64,000 nucleotides of DNA, taken from the NCBI RefSeq assembly GCF_009914755.1, contig NC_060935.1. One strand, given 5' to 3'. The position numbers and the translations under genes are program-made. Position 1 is the first letter of the stretch, and every line of letters begins with the position of its first letter. This document shows positions 52,971-64,000 of this stretch, in pieces. The notes under the pieces are model-generated. The model saw only the letters and a list, made by a program, of their open reading frames with translations, did not search any database and was not told the DNA's origin. The DNA is from the human T2T-CHM13v2.0 reference genome, Homo sapiens.

Positions 52971-54068
52971 ACTGCCACCATGAATTATCACAGCTAGGCC
53001 ATTGAGGCACACATAGACATTGCTGACATGAATTACAGCTGAAGAAACTGCTCAGAGACTGTACAACTGCATCCACCAGAATCAAAGCCAAAAAACCTTA
53101 CAAAACTGACACCGTAGAACTGATTTACATTACATTAAAAAGGATTTTCTTTAAAAAGCTACTTTTAAATTGGAAGCAATGACTATTCTGTAGATGCACA
53201 GATACCAACATAGGGACACAAGACACAAGAAGAAGCAAGTAAACATGACACCCCCAAATGAACAAAATAATTCTCCAGTAACAGATCCAAAAGGAACAAC
53301 AGAAATTTATGAAATGCCTGAAAAGGAATTCAAAATAGTGATGTTAAGGAAAATCAATGAGATTCAAGAAATATAGACAAATAATTCAATGAAATTAGAA
53401 AGACAATTTATGATATAAATGAAAAATTTAACTAAGAAATAGATATCATTTTAAAAGAAACAAACAGAAATCTTGGAGTTGAAGAATTCAATAAATGAAA
53501 TTAAAAAATACAATTCAGAGCTTTATCAACAGACTAGACCAAGAAGAAAAAAATTCTGAACTTGAAGGCACATCTTTTGAAAAATCCAGTCGGGGGGAAA
53601 GCATAAAATAAAAAAGAATAAAGAAAGCCTATGGGACACCATTAAGCAAACAAATTTTCACATTTATTGGATTTACAGAATGAGAAGAGATAGAGAAAAC
53701 TAGAAAAAAAAAATATTTAACAAAATAATAGCTAAAAACTACACAAGTCTTGGGAAAGATATGAGCACCCAGATCCATGAAACTCAAAATTCCTCAAATA
53801 GACTTAACCAAAAATTTAACCAAAAATGTGCTCTAATGCACATTATAACCAGACTGTCAAAAGTAAAATGAAGAATTCTAAAAGCATCAAGACTAAAAGC
53901 ATCAAATGACATATAAGGGAATCCCCATTAGACTATCAGCAGATTTCTCAGCAGAAGACTTGCAGGCTAGAAAAGAATGGAATGATATATTCAAAATGCT
54001 AGAAGAAAAAAAAAACTGCCATCCAAGAATACTATATCCAAAAAAGGTATCCTTTAAAGATGGAGGAG

Positions 54069-54406
<338 letters not shown>

Positions 54407-56679
54407 TCATTGCAACTAGACTGGCCTTACAAGAAATGCTTAGCGGAGTGCTATAACTAGAAGCAAAAGAATAATTACTATCATGAAAACACATGAGAGT
54501 ATAAAATTGACTAGTAACTCTAAATTCATAATTAAGCTCAGAATACTCCAGTACTGTAATAGTGAGATGAAAATCTTTCAAACCTCTCATATGAGGGTTA
54601 AAAGTCAAAATGGTAAAAATAACTAAAGCTCAAATTAGCTGTAAGAAACATAATATATAAAATACAAATTAAGTCAACAAAAATGTAAATTGTGGGGGGT
54701 ACGGTAAAAGTTTAGAGAAGTTTTATGCAAACAAACATAAGTTATCAGATTAAAATAGTCTAAGATTCTTTATGTTAGCCCCATCATAAACACAAAGAAA
54801 TTGCAGCAGATACACAAATACAAAAGGGAGGAAAAAATAAAAGCTTAGCACCACAGAAAGCCACCAAACCACAAAAGTAAACAAGAGATAAAGAAAAAAA
54901 CCAAAATATCTACAAAACAACCAGAAAACAATTAGCAAAATAGCAGCAGTAAGTTTTTACCCATCAATAATAACTTTGAATGTAAATAGATTAAATTCTT
55001 CACTTAGATAGAATGGTTGAATGTATAAGAAAAACAAGACCCAACTATATACCACCTACAATGGACTCACTTTACCTGTAAGGTCACACAAAGACTAAAA
55101 GTGAAGAGATGGAAATAAAAATATTCCATGCAAATAGAAACCAAAAGTAAGCAGGGTAGTCATACTTACATCAGACAAAATTAACTTTAAGTCAAAACTG
55201 TAAAAAATAAAAAAAAGAGGAAAAGGTCATTATATAGTGATAAAGGGATCTATTCCATCAGAGCATATCACAATTAGAAATGAATATGCACCCAACTTCG
55301 GAGCACCTAAATATGTCATACCAATATTAGAGGTGAAGGAAGAAATAGACTGCAATACTATAATAGTAGGAGACTTCAACACTCCACTTTCACCAATTGA
55401 TAGATTATCCACACAGAAAATCAGCAAAGAAACATTGGATTTAAAATGCACTCTAGACCAAATAGACCCAACAGACATGCACAGAACATTCTAATAGCAA
55501 CAGAATACACATTCTTCTCAACTGTACGTGAAACATTCTTCAGGATAGATCATACGTTAGGCCATAAAACAAATCTTAACAAATGTAAGAAGGTAGAGAT
55601 CATATCAGGTATCTTATCTGATCCCAAAGGTATGAAACTAGAAATCAATAACAGCATTTACAACTGCCACCAAAAATATAAATAAGATACCTAGAAATAA
55701 ATTTAAACAAGGAAGTGAAAGATCTCTTCCCTGAAAACTATGAAACATTAATAAAAGAAATTGAAGAAGACATAAATAACTAAATAAATATACCTTGTTT
55801 AAGGATTGGAAGAATTAATATTGATCAAAAATCCACATTATTCAAAGTGATCTACAAATTAAATGCAACTTCTATCAAAATACCATTGACATTCTTCACA
55901 GAACTATAAATAACAATCCTAAAATGTAAATGGAATCACAAAACTTTCCAAATAGAAAAAGTAATTTTGAGCAAAACAAAGCTGGAGACTACACTACCTG
56001 ACTTCAAAATATATTACAAAATTATGGGAATCAAATCAGCATGGTACTAGCAAAAAGCAGGCCCATAGGCCAATGGAACAAAACAGTCCACTAATAAATC
56101 CACACAGTCAAATTATTTCCAACAAAGATACCAAGAACATACATTAGGAAGAGGACCCAACTCTTCAATAAATGGTACTGGATAAATTAGATATCCATAT
56201 GTAAAAGAATGAACTGAACCCCCTATCTTTCACCATACCAAAAAAACCTACTTAAAATGGATTAAAGACTTCCTTTGTGATTTAAAATTTGGATTTAATT
56301 GCTTTTCCAAAGGTTATTGGAATACAGGTGGTATTTGGTTACATGAGTAAGTTCTTCAGTGGTGATTTGTGAGATTTTGGTGCACCCATCACCCAAGCAG
56401 TATACACTGCACCCTACTTGTGGTCTTTTATCCCTCGGCCCCTCCAACCCTTCTCCCCAAGTCCCCAAAGTCCATTGCATCATTCTTAAGCCTTTGTGTC
56501 CTCATAGCTTCGCTCCCACATATAAGTGAGAACACACAACGTTTGGTTTTCCATTCCTGAGTTACTACACTTCGAACAATAGTCTCCAATCTCATACAGG
56601 TTGCTGCAAATGCCATTAATTCATTTCTTTTATGGCTGAGTAGTATTCCATTGTGTGTGTGTATATATACAATGTGTAT

Positions 56680-57230
<551 letters not shown>

Positions 57231-60200
57231 TCTACTTTTAGTTTTTTAAGGAATCTCCACACTCTTTTCCATAGTGGCTGTGCTAGTTTACATTCCCACC
57301 AGCAGTGTAGAAGTGTTCCCTGATCACCACATCCATGCCAACATCTAATGTTTTTTTATTTTTTTATTATGCCCATTCTTGCAGAAGTAAGGTGGTGTTG
57401 CATTGTGGTTTTCATTTGCATTTCCCTGATCATTACTTATGTTGAGCATTTTTTCATGTTTGTTGGCCATTTGTATACCTTCTTTTGAGAATTGTCTATT
57501 CATGTCCTTAGCCCACTTTTCAATGGGATTGTTTTTTCCTTGATGATTTGAGTTCATTGTAGATTCTAAATATTAGTCCTTTGTCAGATGTATAGACTAT
57601 GAGGATTTTCTCACACTCTGTGGGGTGTCTGTTTACTCTGCTGACTGTTCCTTTTGCCATGCAAAATCTCTTTATTTCAATTAAGACACAGCTATTTATC
57701 TTTGTTTTTATTGCATTTGCTTTTGAGTACTTGGTCACGAAATCCTTGCCTAAGCCAATGTCTAGAAGAGTTTTTCCAACGTTGTCTTCTAGAATTTTTA
57801 TAGTTTCAGGTCTCAGATTTAAGCCCTTAATCCATCTTGGGCTGATTTTTGTATAAGGTGAGAGACGAAGATCCAGTTTCATTCTCCTACATATGGCTAG
57901 CCAATTATCCCAGCACCATTTGTTTAAAGGGGTGTCCTTTCCTCACTTTATGTTTTTGTTTGCTTTTTCAAAGATCAGTTGCCTGTAAGTATTTGGTTTT
58001 ATTTCTAGGTTCCCTATTCTGTTCCACTGGTCTATGTTCCTATTTTTATACCAGTACCATGCTGTTTTGGTGACTATGGCCTTATAGTATAGTTTGAAAT
58101 CAGGTAATGCGATGCCTCCAGATTTGGTCCTTTTGCCTAGTTTTGGTTTGGTTATGTGGGCTCTTTTTTGGTTCCATATGAATTTTAGATTTTTTTAAAT
58201 TGTGTGAAGAATGATGGTGGTATTTTGATGGGAATTGTGTTGAATTTGTAGATTACTTTTAGCAGTATGGTCATTTTCACAATATTGATTCTACCCATCC
58301 AGAGCATAAGATGTGTTTCCATTTGTTTGTGTCACCTATGATTTCTTTCAGCAGTGTTTTGTAGTTTTCCTTGTAGAAGTCTTTCACCTCCTTTTCGTTA
58401 GGTATATTCCTAAGGTTTTTTTTGTTTTTGTTTTGTTTTGTTTGTTTGCATTTATTGTAAAAGGGGTCGAGTTCTTGATTTGATTCTCCACTTGGTTGCT
58501 GTTGGTGTATAGGAGAGCTACTGATTTGTGTACATTAATTCTGTATCCAGAGACTTTGCTAAATTATTTTATCCATTCTAGGAGCTTTCTGGAGTCTTCA
58601 GGGTTTTCAAGGCAAACCATCATATCATCAGCAAACACTAACAGTTTAACTTCCTCTTTCAAACTGGATGCCCTTTATTTCTTCTCTTGTCTGATTCCTC
58701 CAGCTAGGACTTCCAGTACTATGTTGAAGAGGAGTGGTGAGAGTGGGCATCCTTGTCTTGTTCCAGTTCTCAGAGGGAATGCTTTCAACTTTTCACCATT
58801 CAGCATTATGTTGGCTGTGGGTTTGTCATAGATGGCTTTTATTACATTGAGGTATGTGCCTTGTATGCCAGTTTTGCAAAAAGTTTTAATCATAAAGAGA
58901 TGCTGGATTTTGTCAAATGCTTTTTCTACATCTATTGAGATGATTATGTGGTTTTTGTTTTTAATTCTGTTTATGTGGTGTATCACATTTATTGACTTGC
59001 ATATGTTAAGCCATCCCTGAATCCCTGATATGAAACCCTCTTGATTGTGGTGGATTATCTTTTTGATATGTTGCTGGAAGCATCTATGTTCACCAGGAAA
59101 ATTGGTCTGTAGTTTCATTTTTTGGTTATGTCCTTTCCTGGTTTTGATATTAGGGTAATGCTGGCTTCATAGAATGAATTAGGGAGGGTTCCCTCTTTCT
59201 CTATCTTGTGGAATAGTCTCAATAGGATTGATACCAATTCTTCTTTGAATATCTGGTAGAATTATGCTGTGAATCTGTCTGGTCCTGGACTTTTTTGTTG
59301 TTGGTAATTTTTAAATCACCATTTCAATCTTGCTGCTTGTTATTGGTCTGTTCAGGGTATCTAATTCTTCCTGATTTAAGCTAGAAGGGTTATATCTTTC
59401 CAGGAATTTCCCCATCTTTTCTACGTTTCCTAGTTTATGCAGATAAAGGTGTTCATAGTAGCCTTAAATGATCTTTTGTATTTCTGTGGTGTCAATTGTA
59501 ATATCTCCCATTTCATTTCTTATTGAGGTTACTTGGATTTTCTCTCTTCTTCTCTTCGTTAACCTTGCTAGTGGTCTATCAATTTTATTTATCTTTTCAA
59601 AGAAACAGCTTTTTGTTTTATTTATCTTTTGTATTTTTCTGTTTCAATTTCATTTAGTTCTGCTCTCATCTTGGTTATTTCCTTTCTTCTGCTGGGTTCA
59701 GGTTTGGTTAGTTCTTCTTTCTCTGGCTCCTTGAGGTGTGACCTTAGATTGTCAGTTTGTGCTCTTATAGTCTTTTTGATGTAGATGTTTAGGGCTATGA
59801 ACTTTCCTCTTAGTATGCCTTTCCTGTATCCCAGAGGTTATGATAGTTTGTGCTACTGTCATCATTCAGTTCCAAGAAGTTTTTAATTTCCATTTTGATT
59901 TTGTTTTTGACTCATTGATCATTCAGGAACAGGTTATTTAATTTCCATGTATTTGCATGGTTTTGAAGTTTCCTTTTAAAGTTGATTTCTAGTTTTATTC
60001 TACCACGTTCTGAAAGAGTGCTTGATATAACTTCAATTTTCTTAAATTTATGGAGGGTTATTTTGTGGCCTATCATATGGTCTATATTGGAGAAAATTCC
60101 ATGTGCTGTTGAATAGAATGTGTATTCTGTGGTTGTTGGATGGAATGTTCTGTACATATCTGTTAAGTCCATTTGTTTCAAGGTATAGTTTGAATCCATT

Positions 60201-62217
60201 GCTTCTTTGTTGACTTTCTGTCTTGATGACCTATCTAGTGCTGCCACTTAAGTATTGAAGTCCCTCACTATTATTGCATTGCTGTCTATCTCATTTCTTA
60301 GGTCTATTACTAATTGTTTTACAGATTTGGTATCTCCAGTGTTAGGTGCATATATGTTTAGGATTGTGACATTTTCCTGTTGGAAAAAGGCCTTTTCCCA
60401 GTATATAATGTCCCTGTTTGTCTTTTTTAACTGCTCTTGCTTTAAAGTATGTTTTGTCTGATGTAAGAATAGCTACCCCTGCTCACTTTTGGTGTTCATT
60501 TGCATGAAATGCCTCTTTGCACCCCTTTACTTTAAGTTTATGTGAGTCCTTGTGTGTTAGGTGAGTCTCTTGAAGGCAGCAGAAAGTTGGTTGGTGAATT
60601 CTTATCCATTCTGCAGTTCTGTTTCTTTTAAGTAGGGCATTTAGGCCATTTACATTCAATGTTAGTATTGGAATGTTAGGTAGCATTCTATTCATTGTGC
60701 TATTTGTTGCCTGTGTATCTTAGTTCTTTGGTTTTTGTTTTTGTTTTTTAAATTGTATTTTTGTTTTATAGGTCCTGTGAAATTTATGCTTCTAAGAGGC
60801 TCTGTTTTGATGTGTTTCCAGGATTTATTTCAAGATTTAGAGCTCCTTTTAGCCATTGTTATTGTGGTGGCTTGGTAATGGCAGATTCTCTCAGCATTTG
60901 TGTGTCTGAAAATGAATGTATCTTTCCTTCACATATTTTGCTTAGTTTTGCTGCATACAAAATTCTTGGCTGATAATTGTTTTGCTTGAGGAGGCTGAAG
61001 ATTGGGCTCCAATCCCTTCTAGCTTGTAGGGTTTCTGCTGAAAAATCTGCTGTTGATCAGATAGTTTTCCTTTATAGGTTACCTGGTACTTTTGTCTCAC
61101 AGCTCTTAAGATTCTTTCCTTCATCTTACCTTTAGATAACCTGATGGCAATGTGTCTAGGTGATGATCTTTTTGTGATTAATTTCCCAGGTGTTCTTTGT
61201 GCTTCTTATATTTAGATGTCTAGGTCTCTAGCAAGGCCAGGGAAGTTTTTCTTGATTATTCCCCCAAATATGTTTTCCAACTTTAGATTTCTCTTCTTCC
61301 TCAGGAATGCTGATTATTCTTAGGTTTGGTCACTTAACATAATCCCAGACTTCTTGGGGGCTTTGTTCATATTTTCTTATTTTTTTCTTTGTCTTTATTG
61401 GATTGGGTTAATTCAAAGAACTTGTCTTTGAGCTCTGAATTTTTTCTTCTACTTGTTCAATCTATTGCTGAGACTTTCCAGAGCATTTTGCATTTCTATA
61501 AGTGTGTCCAATGTTTCCTGAAGTTTTTTGTGTTTTATTTATGCTATCTATTTCATTGAATAGTTCTCCCTTCACTTACCATTTTTTCAATTTCCTTGCC
61601 TTGAGTTCCACATTTCTCTGTTGCCTTCCGGATTAGCTTAATAACTAACCTCCTGAATTCTCTTTCAAATAAATTAGGGATTTCTTCTTGGTTTGGATCC
61701 ATTGCTGGTGCTCTAGTGTGATCTTGGGGAGTGGTGTTATACAGCTTTGTTTTGTTATATTACCAGAGTTGGTTTTTTGGTTCCTTCTCATTTGGGGAGC
61801 CTCTATCAGAGGGAAGGTCTAGGGTTGAAGGCTGTTGTTGAGATTCTTTTGTCCCATAGGGTGTCCCCTTGATGGAGTACTCTCCCCCTTTTCCTATGGA
61901 TGTGGCTTCCTGGAGCCAAGCTGTAGTGATTATTATCTCTCTTCTGGGTCTAGCCACCCAGCAAGTGTACCAGGCTCCGGGCTGGTACTGGGGGTTGTCT
62001 CCACAGAGTCCTGTGATGTGAACCCTCTATGGGTCTCTCAGCCATGGATACCAGCATCTGTTCTGGTGGAGGTGACAAGGGGGTAAAATGGACTCTGAGA
62101 GTGTTCTTAGCTTTGGTGGTTTAATGCTCTATTTTTGTGTTGGTTGGCCTGCCAGGAGGTGGCACTTTCCAGAGAGCATCAGCTGTGGTAGTATCGAGAG
62201 GAACCGGCAGTGGTCAG

Positions 62218-62718
62218 TGTCAGGCCTCTTAGCCCAAGCCAAGCCATTGTATCACCTGTGACTTGCATGTATATGCCCAGATGGCCTGAAGTAACTGAAG
62301 AATCACAAAAGAAGTGAAAATGCCCTGCCCCGCCTTAACTGATGACATTGCACCACAAAAGAAGTGAAAATGTCCAGTCCTTGCCTTAACTGATGATATT
62401 CCACCACAAAAAAAGTGAAAATGGCCAGTCCTTGCCTTAAGTGATGACATTACCTTGTGAAAGTCCTTTTCATGGCTCATCCTGGCTCAAAAACTCCCCC
62501 ACTGAGCACCTTGCAACCCCCACTCCTGCCCACCAAAGAACAAATCCCCTTTGACTGTAATTTTCCTTTATCTACCCAAATCCTATAAAATGGCCCCACC
62601 CTTATCTCCCTTCGCTGACTCTCTTTTTGGACTCAGCCCGCCTGCACCCAGGTGATTAAAAGCTTTATTGCTCACACAAAGCCTGTTTGGTGGTCTCCTC
62701 ACACAGACACGCATGAAA
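62218..62718 (+). promoter_or_regulatory. HERV-H 5' LTR (LTR7)
   Basis: TGTCAGGCCTCT start, CCTATAAAA TATA box ~62583, GCATGAAA end; three ~50-bp units 62304-62451. Confidence 0.95.
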
Positions 62719-62720
62719 TT

Positions 62721-62738
62721 TGGTGCTGTGACTCGGAT
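62721..62738 (+). other. tRNA-His primer binding site
   Basis: TGGTGCTGTGACTCGGAT directly after the LTR, one mismatch to TGGTGCCGTGACTCGGAT. Confidence 0.9.
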
Positions 62739-63505
62739 CGGGGGACCTCCCTTGGGAGATCAATCCCCTGTCCTCCTGCTCTTTGCTCCATGAAAAAGAT
62801 CCACCTACAACCTCGGGTCCTCAGACCCACCAGCCCAAGGAACATCTCACCAATTTTAAATCGGGTAAGCGGCCTCTTCTTACTCTCTTCTCCAACCTCT
62901 CTCACTATCCCTCAACCACTTTCTCCTTTCAATCTTGGCGCCACTCTTCAATCTCTCCCTTCTCTTAATTTCAATTCCTTTCATTTTCTGGTAAAGACAA
63001 AGGAGACATGCTTTATCCGTGGACCCAAAACGCCGGTGCTGGTCACGGACTCAGGAAGGCAGCCTTCCCTTGGTATTTAATCATTGCAGGGATGCCTCTC
63101 TGATTATTCACCCACGTTTCAGAGGTGTCTGACCACGCAGGGATGCCTGCCTTGGTCCTTCACCCTTAGCAGCAAGTCCCACTTTTCTGGGGGAGGGGCA
63201 AGAATCCTGACCCCTTCTCTCCTTGCCTCTACCCCTTCTCTGCTTTTCTGGGGGGCAAGAACCCCCCAATCCCTTATTTCCATGACTTGACCCCTTATCT
63301 CTGCACCCTGATCCCTTATTTCCACGCCCCGACCTATCTCTGTGCCCCAACCCCTTATTTCCACACCCCAACCTCTTATCTCTGTGCCCCAACCCCTTAT
63401 TTCTGCTCCCCGACCCCTTTCCCACTTTTCTGGAGGGTAAGAACCCCCGAACCCCTTCCCTCCATGTCTTTACTCTCTCTTTTCTCTGGGCTTGCTGTCT
63501 TCACT

Positions 63506-64000
63506 ATGGGCAACCTTCCACCCTCCATTCCTCCTTCTTCTCCCTTAGCCTGTGTTCTCAAGAACTTAAAACCTCTTCAACTCACACCTGACCTAAAACC
63601 TAAATGACTTATCTTCTTCTGCAATACCACTTGGCCCCAATACAAACTTGACAATGGCTCTAAATGGCCAGAAAATGGCACTTTCGATTTCTCCATCCTA
63701 CAAGACCTAAGTAATTTTTGTCAAAAAATGGGCAAATGGTCTGAGGTGCCTTACATCCAGGCATCTTTCACACTTCGTTCCCTCCCTAGTCTCTGTTCCC
63801 AATGCGATTCCTCCCAAATCCTCCTTCTTTCCTTCCCGCCTGTCCCCTCAATCCCAACCCCAAGCATCGCTGAGTCTTTCCAGTCTTCCTTTTCTACAGA
63901 CCCATCTGACCTTTCCCCTCCTCCCTAGGCTGCTCATCGCCATGCCGAGCTAAGTCCCAATTCTTCCTCAGTCTCTGCTCCTCCACCCTATAATCCTTCT
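63506..64000 (+). pseudogene. gag: HERV-H gag N-terminus with premature stops
   Basis: MGNLPPSIPPSSPLAC..KPK* then in frame WPQYKLDNGSKWPENGTFD..KWSEVPYIQA; stops at 63605-63607 and 63926-63928. Confidence 0.85.

Larger units (their letters stand above)
62719..64000 (+). mobile_element. HERV-H internal region (leader, pre-gag repeats, gag), runs off window
   Basis: splice donor G/GTAAGC at 62865; C-rich CCCCTTATYTC repeats 63270-63420. Confidence 0.93.

Noticed and set aside
62304-63420. Periodic repeats as a CRISPR-like array
   Set aside because: Tandem units of HERV-H LTR7 and leader with no unique spacers; eukaryotic context, no cas genes

Overview
Primate (hominid-like) non-coding genomic DNA. 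An AluY and an L1PA2-type tail point to a great-ape or human genome, but I cannot identify the locus. I see no host protein-coding gene, RNA gene or CRISPR array. The ORF track is mostly L1, Alu, MaLR and HERV-H fragments or chance ORFs. Much of the window is interspersed repeat (L1, Alu, L2, MIR, L3, MER DNA transposons, MLT1/THE1/MSTA/LTR1/LTR2 LTRs). It ends in a 14-kb nest: an old L1M carrying a full MSTA provirus and an AluYd-type Alu, then an antisense L1PB carrying an Alu and the 5' end of a HERV-H provirus. Structure not explained by repeat annotation: (i) three local 165-240 bp duplications within 16.5 kb, one inverted and two direct, about 90-93% identical by hand alignment, each with one copy interrupting an older repeat; (ii) an L1PA insertion with a probable 3' transduction; (iii) a perfect 52-bp palindrome; (iv) an LTR7 with three copies of its ~50-bp SOX-motif unit; (v) several repeat-free, homeobox-motif-rich islands that may be enhancers. 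I found no evidence for a new gene system. Subfamily calls are from remembered consensus sequences, and boundaries of old repeats are approximate.
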